The notes under the pieces: model-generated
The model's database searches: none
What the model was told of the DNA's origin: nothing
The model's input: the letters and a program-made list of their open reading frames with translations, nothing else
In this document: positions 1 through 9,378 of the stretch, piece after piece
Layout of the letters: every line of letters begins with the position of its first letter
Numbering within the stretch: position 1 is the stretch's first letter
Translations under genes and position numbers: made by a program
Origin: Candidatus Kapaibacterium sp.
GTDB lineage: Bacteria; Bacteroidota; Ignavibacteria; Kapaibacteriales; UBA4661
Length of the DNA stretch: 58,829 nt
Direction: 5' to 3'
Assembly (NCBI GenBank): GCA_025055035.1
Contig: JANWZB010000004.1
Span: 1-58,829 of the forward strand

Positions 1-1
1 G

Positions 2-196
2 GTTGGGTTTGTTGCTTTTAACGGAAATGTCAATCTTGCAATTATGATTCGCTCGATAATGAGCAAAAACATGACCCTTACATATCAAGCAGGAGTTGGT
101 CTTGTCGCTGATTCACAGCCTCAGAACGAGCTTCAGGAAATTAATAACAAGCTCGCTGCCCTACGCACAGCTACGAGCTTGGCACAACGGCTGTAA
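2..196 (+). CDS. trpE: anthranilate synthase component I, C-terminal fragment (gene runs off the left edge)
   Basis: Frame 2 from the window edge reads VGFVAFNGNVNLAIMIRSIMSKNMTLTYQAGVGLVADSQPQNELQEINNKLAALRTATSLAQRL*. The QAGxGIVADS / NKxxA pattern is typical of the TrpE C-terminus. Stop TAA at 194-196, directly upstream of trpG. Confidence 0.85.
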   Translation, partial: VGFVAFNGNVNLAIMIRSIMSKNMTLTYQAGVGLVADSQPQNELQEINNKLAALRTATSLAQRL

Positions 197-224
197 TGTT
201 GCACCACATGTTTTTTCCTTTGCT

Positions 225-845
225 ATGCGGATTTTGCTTCTCGACAACTATGATTCCTTCACGTACAACGTTGCTCACGCTATTCGCTCGCTCGGTTATG
301 TCCTCGACGTGATACGCAACGATAAACTCTCTCTTGAGGATGTGCAGCCATACACAAAGGTTGTATTGTCTCCCGGACCTGGAATTCCTCGCGAAGCAGG
401 TATCATGCCCGAGCTTATCGCACACTACGCATCAGAAAAACCTATTCTTGGGATATGTCTAGGTCATCAGGCTATTGGCGAGGCGTTTGGTGGACAGCTC
501 CACAATCTGCCCCGCGTTTTTCATGGTGTTGCAACATCGGTGCATGTTACTCAGCATGACATTTTGTTTGAAGGACTTCCAACGACCTTTACTGCCGGTC
601 GCTATCATTCATGGGTTGTAGCAGAAGAAACCCTTCCAGCCGAGCTTGAAGTTATAGCACGCGACACCGAGGGACACATTATGGCGCTGCGCCACCGCAC
701 TTACGATGTACGTGGAGTACAATTTCACCCTGAATCGGTCTTGACAGAGCATGGAATTGCAATTCTCCGCAATTGGCTGACATACTCGTATTCTCCAACT
801 ACTGCTACGGCACGCTCGTACCACGTTGTACCATCAGAACCATGA
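225..845 (+). CDS. trpG: anthranilate synthase component II (glutamine amidotransferase)
   Basis: ATG 225 gives MRILLLDNYDSFTYN. GATase-1 motifs LGICLGHQAIGEAFGG and VQFHPES are present. ORF-track ORF 96..845 trimmed to the first ATG after the trpE stop. Confidence 0.9.
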   Translation: MRILLLDNYDSFTYNVAHAIRSLGYVLDVIRNDKLSLEDVQPYTKVVLSPGPGIPREAGIMPELIAHYASEKPILGICLGHQAIGEAFGGQLHNLPRVFHGVATSVHVTQHDILFEGLPTTFTAGRYHSWVVAEETLPAELEVIARDTEGHIMALRHRTYDVRGVQFHPESVLTEHGIAILRNWLTYSYSPTTATARSYHVVPSEP

Positions 846-1837
846 AGGATATTCTACAATATTTATTTGAGCACAACACTCTCTCGAAACACGAAGCCAA
901 GACTGTCCTCACAAACATTGCTGCTGGCGCGTACAGTGATGCACATATTATCGCATTTCTGACAGTGTTTATGATGCGCAGCATCACTGTAGAGGAACTA
1001 AGCGGATTTCGCGAAGCACTGCTTGAGCTATGTATCCGTGTTGATTTAGACGGTATTCCAGCGATAGACATGTGCGGCACAGGCGGCGATGGAAAGGACA
1101 CGTTCAATATCTCGACTACAGCAATGTTTATAGCTGCTGGTGCAGGAATCAACGTTGCAAAGCACGGTAACTATGGGGTATCGTCTGTCTCTGGCTCATC
1201 GAATGTGCTACAGTGTCTCGGATACGAGTTCACAAGTAGTGTAGATAAGCTGCGCCGCTCTCTGGAAACCTCTGGGATATGCTTTATGCATGCTCCTCTG
1301 TTTCACCCTGCTATGAAAGCAGTCGCTCCTCTTCGTCAGGCACTCGGGATGAGAACATTTTTTAACATGCTTGGACCTCTCGTCAATCCTGCATTTCCCC
1401 CGTATCAATTGACCGGTGTTTTTAGTATGGAACTTGCGCGCATTTACAGCTATATCCTACAGTATGATACAACCAAGCAGGGATACATCATTCTTCGTGC
1501 TCTCGATGGCTACGACGAGATCTCCTTGACAGGTCCATGGAAACAGATTTCTCAGGAAAAAGAAGAACTGCTTACACCAGCGGCGCTAGGATTCGAGCAT
1601 ATACAACCTGAAGAGCTCCGCGGCGGCGCAACACCTGAAGACAGTGCTCATATTGTTCTTCATATCTTGAAAGGTGAAGGTACAGCAGCACACAACGCCG
1701 TTGCTATTGCCAACGCAGCAATGGCTATTCATTGTGTTCAACCCCAAACAAGCATGTCCGATGCTGTGGAAATAGCCCGTGAATCCTTGCTCTCTGGTAA
1801 AGCATTTGCCGCGCTGAAAGCATTCATGCAATGGTAA
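842..1837 (+). CDS. trpD: anthranilate phosphoribosyltransferase
   Basis: MKDILQYLFEH start. Motifs CGTGGDGKDTFNISTTA and KHGNYGVSS. ATG 842-844 overlaps the trpG TGA 843-845 (ATGA coupling). Confidence 0.93.
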   Translation: MKDILQYLFEHNTLSKHEAKTVLTNIAAGAYSDAHIIAFLTVFMMRSITVEELSGFREALLELCIRVDLDGIPAIDMCGTGGDGKDTFNISTTAMFIAAGAGINVAKHGNYGVSSVSGSSNVLQCLGYEFTSSVDKLRRSLETSGICFMHAPLFHPAMKAVAPLRQALGMRTFFNMLGPLVNPAFPPYQLTGVFSMELARIYSYILQYDTTKQGYIILRALDGYDEISLTGPWKQISQEKEELLTPAALGFEHIQPEELRGGATPEDSAHIVLHILKGEGTAAHNAVAIANAAMAIHCVQPQTSMSDAVEIARESLLSGKAFAALKAFMQW

Positions 1838-1882
1838 TCTCTTCTGCATGTGAGTAGGTGTTATGCACTTACCGACTCGCTC

Positions 1883-2098
1883 TTACTCGATCAGATACAT
1901 GCGCGGCTGTATGTGCGATTGAGCATGTTGCGAAGGACGCACAAGAATGCCAAGTGGCGCAAAAACATCGCGAGAGCGTCGCATGTGTTGCTTGAGCTCT
2001 GTAGCAAGCTTTTCAAGCTCATGCGGTTCAAGCGCCGCATCAATGGTAATCTGCAGTCCATAACTGCGCGGTTCGATAGTATACATACATTGCCCCAT
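1883..2098 (-). CDS. small hypothetical ORF (71 aa) antisense to the trp operon; possibly a truncated STAS/SpoIIAA-like relic
   Basis: MGQCMYTIEPRSYGLQITIDAALEPHELEKLATELKQH... has a protein-like composition. The overlapping plus-strand ORF 1850..2182 is Arg/Cys/His-rich and looks like a shadow. No family confidently recognised. Confidence 0.3.
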   Translation of the reverse strand: MGQCMYTIEPRSYGLQITIDAALEPHELEKLATELKQHMRRSRDVFAPLGILVRPSQHAQSHIQPRMYLIE

Positions 2099-2212
2099 GC
2101 GTTTGTGAAACAGAGAGTATGCTACACGTATTGCAGCAGATGCAATTTACACTTCACGAATAGTGTGTATATTACGCCGTGATAATCATTTCATAATACG
2201 TTGTGAACTCCC

Positions 2213-3046
2213 ATGAATATTCTTGAAACTATCGTTGCTCACAAGCGCCGCGAACTCCACGAACGCAAAGAACTGTATCCGGTCAAGCTGTTGGAAAAGT
2301 CATTGTACTTTACTTCTCCAACGGTATCCTTAAAAAAATATCTCTTGCGACCCGACAAAAGCGGCATCATTGCAGAAATTAAGCGCGCATCGCCATCAAA
2401 AGGCACCATCAACAAATACGTTTCTATCGAACGCACAAGTATTGGCTATATGCAAGCAGGAGCTTCAGCGCTCTCGATTCTTACAGATGCACAGTTCTTT
2501 CGGGGCAGTAACTATGACTTAGAGGCCGCACGGAAATACAACTACTGCCCAATTCTCCGCAAAGACTTTACTCTCGATGAATATCACATTATTGAGGCAC
2601 GTTCTATTGGCGCAGATGCTATACTTCTCATCGCTGCTATTCTTACCCCGCACGATATCAAGCGTCTTGCGGCATTTGCTCAAAGCTTGGGTCTAGAAGT
2701 CGTTCTAGAAGTTCATAATCAGCAGGAACTCCACAACAGCATGTGCGAATACATTGATATCGTCGGTGTCAATAATAGAGACCTCACAACGTTCTTAGTA
2801 TCGCTCAATACTTCTGAAACGCTTATACACGATATTCCACAGGATTGTGTCAAGATATCCGAAAGCGGCATCAATTCGCCTCAGGCTGCACACAGACTCA
2901 AGATTCTTGGATATCAAGGGTTTCTTATCGGCGAGCAATTTATGCGTCATAGTCGTCCTGAACTTGCTTGCAAAGCCTTTATTCGCGAACTCCGCTCTAT
3001 TACAGCCACCATACACTCCCTAGGATATTCTGAGCTTCCAGCATAA
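2213..3046 (+). CDS. trpC: indole-3-glycerol-phosphate synthase
   Basis: MNILETIVAHKRRELHERK, IIAEIKRASPSKG, ALSILTD, ILRKDF, GVNNRDL: canonical IGPS motifs. Confidence 0.93.
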   Translation: MNILETIVAHKRRELHERKELYPVKLLEKSLYFTSPTVSLKKYLLRPDKSGIIAEIKRASPSKGTINKYVSIERTSIGYMQAGASALSILTDAQFFRGSNYDLEAARKYNYCPILRKDFTLDEYHIIEARSIGADAILLIAAILTPHDIKRLAAFAQSLGLEVVLEVHNQQELHNSMCEYIDIVGVNNRDLTTFLVSLNTSETLIHDIPQDCVKISESGINSPQAAHRLKILGYQGFLIGEQFMRHSRPELACKAFIRELRSITATIHSLGYSELPA

Positions 3047-3191
3047 TAAATGACGCAGTGATCGGAACTAATAGTTTCTTAGAATTTTTGGGTTTGGTTT
3101 TTGGAACCCTGCTTACTAATTTCGCTTGGTAACAAGCACAACATGCCTCCCAGCGTGTTACATTTCATCTCATGTTCTTTTTGGAGTACCA

Positions 3192-3665
3192 ATGACACTT
3201 CTGGCTACACCGCTTTGTGCAGATCGTCTATACAATTCCACTACCATGCTTATACCGCATGTATTGCGCACGGGTCAAGATACTTATCGGGAAGGTACAG
3301 TATCCACAACGTTTCCTGCATCCTACACCAAAGATCAGGATACTGGCGCTATTCTATGGGAAGCAAATCCTCGCTCACTGGGCTTGCCTTTTTTCTCTAT
3401 GGCAGATGACGAAGAAGATGACTTCGATGATGATGACAGCTACGATTTCGATGAAGACGAGTATGATGGAGAGCTCGATGAAGACTTTGATGACGATTTC
3501 GACGATGAAGAATATGACGATGAAGATATACAAGACCTTGAAGAGTTTGACCCTGATGACGATTTTGATGTTGATGACGAAGACATCATAGAACCCGAAG
3601 AATTCGATGACGAAGAGTTCACCGACTTTGACTATGAAGACGACGATGACGACAACTACCTCTAG
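3192..3665 (+). CDS. hypothetical protein with a 69-aa N-terminal part and an 88-aa hyper-acidic D/E + F/Y tail
   Basis: ATG 3192 is preceded by GGAG (3183-3186). The tail from the internal ATG 3399 is MADDEEDDFDDDDSYDFDEDEYDGELDEDFDDDFDDEEYDDED...[11 protein letters not shown]. By hand count it has 58/88 D+E, 14 F/Y and no K/R/H. Caveat: the GAN-rich DNA is open in several frames. Confidence 0.5.
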   Translation: MTLLATPLCADRLYNSTTMLIPHVLRTGQDTYREGTVSTTFPASYTKDQDTGAILWEANPRSLGLPFFSMADDEEDDFDDDDSYDFDEDEYDGELDEDFDDDFDDEEYDDEDIQDLEEFDPDDDFDVDDEDIIEPEEFDDEEFTDFDYEDDDDDNYL

Positions 3666-4401
3666 TCTTTCTACGGTAGCAAATCTCTCGCATGCTCTCT
3701 CTACTTCCACAGCATTCGTCAAAGTCTGCGGCATGCGTTCCGAGGAGAATATTCATGCTCTTATGCAGTGTACACACAGACCCCATGCACTTGGGTTTAT
3801 CTTCTATGAACGTTCGCCGCGCTATGCCGGTACACTGCGCGACGACTACATGCGTACTCTTGCAACGCACATCCCAACAATTGGCGTATTTGTTCATGCA
3901 ACAGAAGAAGAGATTCTCGAAAATGTTCAGCGTTTTCATCTCCATGCTGTGCAGCTTCATGGCGAAGAAACCCCTATGTTCTGCTACCGTCTCAAGCAGC
4001 ACCTTATCGCACTTACACACCACCACAATTATACATATACATCGCCACCCCAGCTATGGAAAGCAATACACATTCGGGAACATACTGATATTATGATGGT
4101 CGCTGAATTTGATTCTGTTATAGATTGCGCTCTACTCGACACGCGTGGAAAGGAGTATGGCGGCAATGGTGTACGTTTCGACTGGTCAATTCTTGATAGC
4201 TACCCCTCGCGTACTATACCATTCCTTCTAAGTGGTGGCATCAGACTAGAACATTCCAGCGAAGTACATAATGCACTACTACGCTATAGACCATTATTGC
4301 GTGGAGTTGATATCAATAGCTGCTTTGAAATTGCTCCAGCAGTAAAGGACATCACCCGCATTTCTACATTCGTGCGCCATCTCAGCAAGCGCGTATCATA
4401 A
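3646..4401 (+). CDS. trpF: phosphoribosylanthranilate isomerase
   Basis: [38 protein letters not shown] are PRAI motifs. The only in-frame ATGs upstream of the conserved KVCG are at 3607, 3634 and 3646, all overlapping the acidic ORF that ends at 3665. Confidence 0.85.
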   Translation: MTTTTSSLSTVANLSHALSTSTAFVKVCGMRSEENIHALMQCTHRPHALGFIFYERSPRYAGTLRDDYMRTLATHIPTIGVFVHATEEEILENVQRFHLHAVQLHGEETPMFCYRLKQHLIALTHHHNYTYTSPPQLWKAIHIREHTDIMMVAEFDSVIDCALLDTRGKEYGGNGVRFDWSILDSYPSRTIPFLLSGGIRLEHSSEVHNALLRYRPLLRGVDINSCFEIAPAVKDITRISTFVRHLSKRVS

Positions 4402-4439
4402 GCCTTTGCTACGTTCTTCACGCCTTAGTGTGTAATACT

Positions 4440-5660
4440 ATGATTCTTCCGTCGCTTGAGAAAGTATCCCAGCGCTTTGGTGTTTCTGAGCGTGGGTACT
4501 ATGGAGCATTTGGCGGAGCATACATCCCCGAAATGCTCTATCCGAATATTGAAACTCTTCGCACGGTGTACTTAGACATTCTACGCGAGCATAGCTTCCA
4601 ACAAGAATTCGCGCTGCTTCTTCGTGACTATGTCGGACGCCCCACACCGTTGTACTTTGCTCAGCGGCTCTCTGAACTCTACAAAACACGCATCTACTTG
4701 AAGCGTGAGGATTTGAATCATACTGGAGCGCACAAAATTAACAACACTCTCGGGCAAATCTTGCTTGCAAAGCGCTTAGGTAAGCGGCGTATTATTGCTG
4801 AGACTGGAGCTGGTCAGCATGGCGTTGCAACAGCAACTGTATGCGCTCGCATGGGTCTTGAATGTGTCATATACATGGGAGCGGTGGATATAGAGCGCCA
4901 AAAGCCTAATGTCGAGCGCATGAGATTGCTGGGAGCAGAGGTTATTGCTGCACGTTCTGGCAGTCAAACTCTCAAAGACGCAACAAACGAAGCGATGCGC
5001 GATTGGATTACAAACCCCGATACAACCCACTATATTATCGGTTCAGTTGTCGGACCGCACCCTTATCCTGACATGGTTGCTCGATTCCAGTCTATTATTA
5101 GTCAAGAGATTGTACAGCAGTTGCAGGAGAAAGAAGGAAGATCCTATCCCGACTACATTCTTGCATGCGTTGGTGGAGGTTCAAATGCTATTGGTGCATT
5201 CTACCACTTCCTTGATAACGACCGTGTTACGCTGATTGCGTTGGAAGCAGCTGGTAAGGGCATTCATACGGGATATTCAGCAGCGACAACAGTGCTGGGA
5301 CGCCCTGGCGTACTTCACGGCAGCAAAACGCTTCTGATGCAGACAGATGATGGGCAAGTTGTCGAGCCATTTTCTATTTCTGCAGGACTCGATTATCCGG
5401 GTATCGGACCAATTCATGCTCATCTTTTCACCTCTGGACGTGTAGAATTCCATGCTATCACCGACGACGAAGCCTTACAAGCGGGGAAACTACTTGCTCA
5501 AACTGAAGGTATTATTCCTGCTCTCGAAACCGCTCATGCTCTTGCATACCTTGACAAGCTCAATGCTCAACCTCACCACGTCGTTGTTATCAATCTTTCA
5601 GGTCGGGGAGATAAGGACCTACAGACGTATATGGGCGTTCCGCAAGAACGCCCGCATTAG
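4440..5660 (+). CDS. trpB: tryptophan synthase beta chain
   Basis: [23 protein letters not shown] (PLP lysine), [21 protein letters not shown]. An alternative GTG start lies at 4428. Confidence 0.95.
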   Translation: MILPSLEKVSQRFGVSERGYYGAFGGAYIPEMLYPNIETLRTVYLDILREHSFQQEFALLLRDYVGRPTPLYFAQRLSELYKTRIYLKREDLNHTGAHKINNTLGQILLAKRLGKRRIIAETGAGQHGVATATVCARMGLECVIYMGAVDIERQKPNVERMRLLGAEVIAARSGSQTLKDATNEAMRDWITNPDTTHYIIGSVVGPHPYPDMVARFQSIISQEIVQQLQEKEGRSYPDYILACVGGGSNAIGAFYHFLDNDRVTLIALEAAGKGIHTGYSAATTVLGRPGVLHGSKTLLMQTDDGQVVEPFSISAGLDYPGIGPIHAHLFTSGRVEFHAITDDEALQAGKLLAQTEGIIPALETAHALAYLDKLNAQPHHVVVINLSGRGDKDLQTYMGVPQERPH

Positions 5661-5750
5661 GGCAGCTCGCTTGGCATATACACCTTCGCATCCGTACACT
5701 GCGTCGTTATATACTGTTCGCACACATTGTTTGTGGAGACTTTTATTCCC

Positions 5751-6569
5751 ATGAGCACCTCGCCTGTTTCTAACCGGATTGATACGCTGTTTGCTCAATC
5801 CCAGCGACCGATACTATCGGTGTACTATACTGCTGGATTTCCACATCTGCAAGATACAGTCTCTATTCTCGACGCTTTGCAACACAGTGGCGTAGATATG
5901 GTTGAGATTGGCATACCGTTCTCCGACCCAATTGCTGATGGTACGGTCATACAGGAAAGCAGCAATTGTGCTCTACGCAACGGCATGACACTCTACACAC
6001 TATTCGAGCAGCTTGTAGGAATTCGTACATACCCTACTCAGCCCATTACTGTACCTATTGTGCTGATGGGGTATATCAATCCTATCTTGCAGTATGGAGT
6101 TGAGAAATTCTGTGCTGCCTGTGCAGAAGTAGGAATTGATGGAGTTATTATACCCGACTTACCTGTAGACGTCTTTATTGAGGAATGGAAGCCACTACTC
6201 CACCAACACAATATACACTATATTGCCCTTATCGCGCCACAAACGCCTGATAGCCGTATTTCTCTGCTTGATAGTATCTCGAGTGGATTCCTGTATGCTG
6301 TTTCCTCTGCTGGTACTACAGGTAATACTGTCTTGCTCGATAGCGCACGCATTGCGTATTTTCAGCGTCTACAGCGTCTGCGGCGCGAAGGAAATATTCG
6401 TAATCCCCTTCTTATTGGCTTTGGTATTCACGACAACCGTAGCTTTGAAGTAGCATCGCACTATGCTGACGGGGCAATTATCGGAAGCGCATTTATTAAG
6501 GCTATTGCCCACGAATCCTCTTCAACGCTTCCTTCAAGAATTCATGCCTTCGTTCATAGCATCCGATAG
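5751..6569 (+). CDS. trpA: tryptophan synthase alpha chain
   Basis: ATG 5751 gives MSTSPVSNRIDTLF. Motifs YYTAGFP, VDMVEIGIPFSDPIADGTVIQ, GYINPI, GFGI. Confidence 0.93.
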   Translation: MSTSPVSNRIDTLFAQSQRPILSVYYTAGFPHLQDTVSILDALQHSGVDMVEIGIPFSDPIADGTVIQESSNCALRNGMTLYTLFEQLVGIRTYPTQPITVPIVLMGYINPILQYGVEKFCAACAEVGIDGVIIPDLPVDVFIEEWKPLLHQHNIHYIALIAPQTPDSRISLLDSISSGFLYAVSSAGTTGNTVLLDSARIAYFQRLQRLRREGNIRNPLLIGFGIHDNRSFEVASHYADGAIIGSAFIKAIAHESSSTLPSRIHAFVHSIR

Positions 6570-6710
6570 CAGCTCTCATTACAGCACTACCTTATTGCAC
6601 GTCATAGCACTATCACATGTGTTAATAGTTGTTATCTGGCTACACATGCCGCAACTTTTTTGTACCTCATGCGTTGATAAGCCATATAGTAGCGTAGTTA
6701 CAAAGATTTT

Positions 6711-8564
6711 TTGCTGTTGTATATGTACATATCGTGCCGATTTTCCGCTTATCGAACACCGCGGCCTTTTCTTTCTGCTCTATACCGTACAGCACTCGCT
6801 TCTACATGGGCACTTATGCTCACAATGCTAACAGCGTGTCCACATCACGTCGAGCAGATGATAGAAAAACTGTCACCTCCTCCAGGTTATACACCAGCGT
6901 ACATGCGCTCCTCAACAACTTCCTTTAAAGAATTCATAGCACAATACAAGCAACTCTTGACAACAAGCGCTTCTCAGACCGTTCCTACTACACCGCACGA
7001 CATATTGACTACGCTACAGCTACCAAGCTCTGCAACATTATCCACCGTTGCGTACTCTACTTATCCTGATACTACCTTGCTCAGGAACTTCCCCATCACC
7101 TACCCATGCACTGTCGGTATTCCTTCATTTACACTTGACTCCGCTGATTATGATTCGGCTATTCTTGCTCGTGCAAGATTTCCCGATTCTCTGATACTTG
7201 CTGGAATGCATACCATCTCTCTCCCTATGCAGTATGCTGAACAAAATCCACACACTGAAGAATACGATAACTATGAGAACCTACTACCACATACACACAC
7301 AATGGGTACTCCTGTCGTTCTTCGGATTCACAGTATTGACGACACGCACTACCCTGCATACATTGAACTTCACACCACAGTAACCGACACAGCAGGACGC
7401 TTTATTTCTGGTCTTGCACCTCCAAATTTTCAGGGTACGGGAAGCTATCAATTATATTGGCGCACGCTTATAGATTCGTGTCCGGGAATGACAGCTCATA
7501 TAGCACGCGTTCGCGATGTTTTGGTTGAGGAAATACGAGAAAGCACACGCGATACCCACGCTATTGCTTTTGTTCTTGATCATTCGCCCTCTATGGGAGT
7601 AATACGCGCTGTGCGTTTACAAGAAGCAGTAGCACGAACACTAGGAATGATACAACCTCATGACTACGTTACCGCCATAAAGTTTACCTCGCGCATGCAC
7701 GTTGAAGTACCACTGACAAACGATTCAACAATATACCGTTCACAATTCATGATTAATGGTTTGCAAGGCTACGGTGGCGGAACAGCTATCTACGATGCGC
7801 TTCTTGAAGCTATGCGCGAACTACGCAAAGCATCAAGTACTGCGATCAAAGTGATTGTTCTCTTTACCGATGGCGCCGACAACAGGTCAAAATCTCGAAT
7901 ACACCAGGTGTACAGTGCAGCAAAAGAACAGAACATCCAAATTTATTCCATCGCCTACGGTGATACCGATGAGCGCCCTCTGCGTATGCTCGCCAAATAC
8001 ACTGGCGGCACAATGTATCGGTTGTATTCCACAAAAGAATTCCCTTTAGCGTTCGCCGATGTGTACAGGTCGCTCAAAAACTACTATCGTGTTCGGTATC
8101 ACCCGCCCCAGTGCGCATCTTTGCATACTGTACGCTTACATCTTGTACTGCCAGAAATTGCCAGCATTGCCAGCGATACAGCCCAGTACGATCGCTCAGT
8201 TTTTACTCCACTTGACACGGTTGGTTCAGTGCATCTTGCTCATATCGAGTTTGAAACAGGGAAAGCAGAGATTCGCCCTGAATCTCTCCCGATGCTCCGC
8301 GATATCGCAGATTACATGCAGCGCAATCCTCATACTGTTATGGAGATTCGAGGTCATACTGATAATCGAGGCACCCCAGAATTTAATCAGAAACTTTCTG
8401 AGCTACGCGCTACTGCCGTTCTGACGGCTCTTGTAGACATGAATGTTCCAAAAACACGTCTTCGTGCTGTGGGGTTTGGTGCAACACAGCCTCTTGTTCC
8501 AAACGATACAGAACAGAATCGCCAACGTAACCGTCGTACAGAATTTATTCTTGTCCAGAAGTAA
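6711..8564 (+). CDS. lipoprotein with a von Willebrand factor A domain and a C-terminal OmpA-like peptidoglycan-binding domain
   Basis: Lipobox-like MLTMLTAC. MIDAS-type DHSPSMG plus LFTDGADN. C-terminus FETGKAEIRPES...EIRGHTDNRGTPEFNQKLSELRA...NRRTEFILV is OmpA_C-like. The start could also be ATG 6723. Confidence 0.85.
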   Translation: MLLYMYISCRFSAYRTPRPFLSALYRTALASTWALMLTMLTACPHHVEQMIEKLSPPPGYTPAYMRSSTTSFKEFIAQYKQLLTTSASQTVPTTPHDILTTLQLPSSATLSTVAYSTYPDTTLLRNFPITYPCTVGIPSFTLDSADYDSAILARARFPDSLILAGMHTISLPMQYAEQNPHTEEYDNYENLLPHTHTMGTPVVLRIHSIDDTHYPAYIELHTTVTDTAGRFISGLAPPNFQGTGSYQLYWRTLIDSCPGMTAHIARVRDVLVEEIRESTRDTHAIAFVLDHSPSMGVIRAVRLQEAVARTLGMIQPHDYVTAIKFTSRMHVEVPLTNDSTIYRSQFMINGLQGYGGGTAIYDALLEAMRELRKASSTAIKVIVLFTDGADNRSKSRIHQVYSAAKEQNIQIYSIAYGDTDERPLRMLAKYTGGTMYRLYSTKEFPLAFADVYRSLKNYYRVRYHPPQCASLHTVRLHLVLPEIASIASDTAQYDRSVFTPLDTVGSVHLAHIEFETGKAEIRPESLPMLRDIADYMQRNPHTVMEIRGHTDNRGTPEFNQKLSELRATAVLTALVDMNVPKTRLRAVGFGATQPLVPNDTEQNRQRNRRTEFILVQK

Positions 8565-8567
8565 GTT

Positions 8568-9374
8568 ATGCAGCATACGCTACAACATAGTTTCTGCAGC
8601 ATCCTGTTGGTATCCTCCCTCGTTTGTTGCATTCCTCTGAATGCCCAAGACACGCATCTTTCTCCCCTGATTCTTGTAGCAACTAGTGGCACAGTAGGAT
8701 ATCCAACAGACCTTATTCTTCTTGCCCGACGCACCTCTTTATACGGACTTTTTAACCTCTCAGCACGCGATATCCGTATCGAAGGACAGTTATTTCTGCG
8801 CAATCCTACTGTCTTTTACCCAAAAGAATGGCTTGCTGCACCAAATACTACACTCTATGAACGTATACTGATACGACAGAATGATTCTACCTACACTGTT
8901 ATTCTCCGACTCCGCTGCACTGTAGCATCCGTAGGCTGTGATACTCTCGCACGACTGCGTGGTGATATTCTCGCTGCGTCGGATTCGGTATCAGAAATAC
9001 GTCTCACAAACCTTCTTCTCAGCGATAACCATGGACAACGCGTAATTCCTAGTACATCGGTTGTTCTCACTATCCGTTCAATTGGAGCACCTCTTCCTAT
9101 TATTCGTATTGCACAGCTTCATTATAACGCCCCTAACCCCTTCTCACGTATGGAAGGAACCTCATGGACGTACACCATCGATGAACCTTCCGACATTGAG
9201 TTTTCGATTTTCAATGCTTTTGGTCAGGAAATTGAGCGTATTGAACGGAAGAATCAGCCACGAGGCACGCATGTCGAAATCTGGAAACCTAAGGGCTGGA
9301 TTGCAAGTGGCGTCTACTATATTCGCTTTTCGAGTAGCACTGGAGCGCATTGGCGGCGCTGTATCGTGGAGTAG
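8568..9374 (+). CDS. secreted protein with a cohesin-like N-terminal domain and a T9SS type-A C-terminal sorting domain
   Basis: Signal peptide ILLVSSLVCCIPLNAQ. C-terminus NAPNPFSRMEGTSWTYTIDEPSDIEFSIFNAFGQEI...GVYYIRF matches the Por secretion tail pattern. Starts 3 nt after the previous stop. Confidence 0.75.
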   Translation: MQHTLQHSFCSILLVSSLVCCIPLNAQDTHLSPLILVATSGTVGYPTDLILLARRTSLYGLFNLSARDIRIEGQLFLRNPTVFYPKEWLAAPNTTLYERILIRQNDSTYTVILRLRCTVASVGCDTLARLRGDILAASDSVSEIRLTNLLLSDNHGQRVIPSTSVVLTIRSIGAPLPIIRIAQLHYNAPNPFSRMEGTSWTYTIDEPSDIEFSIFNAFGQEIERIERKNQPRGTHVEIWKPKGWIASGVYYIRFSSSTGAHWRRCIVE

Positions 9375-9378
9375 CGCT

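Noticed and set aside
1-230. Looked for a trp leader peptide or attenuator
   Set aside because: The window starts inside trpE, so any leader lies off the left edge. The trpE-trpG junction is only 28 nt.
1850-2182. 110-aa plus-strand ORF in the trpD-trpC gap
   Set aside because: It has a GTG start without an RBS, and its Arg/Cys/His/Lys-rich composition is typical of the antisense shadow of a real or formerly real gene on the other strand.
3217-3734. Several overlapping ORFs on both strands across the acidic region (3217..3591 +, 3375..3734 -, and the poly-Ser ORF 3440..3622 -)
   Set aside because: They are frame shadows of the GAN-rich (GAT/GAA/GAC) low-complexity DNA. Their translations are poly-Ser, poly-Ile/Val or Met/Thr-rich and have no start context. 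Only the D/E frame has an upstream RBS and sits in operon phase.
9061-9378. N-terminal 106 codons of ORF 9061..10530, overlapping the T9SS-CTD gene
   Set aside because: This out-of-frame overlap covers the conserved sorting domain of the upstream gene. An ATG 4 nt after that gene's stop (9379) gives a sensible start.
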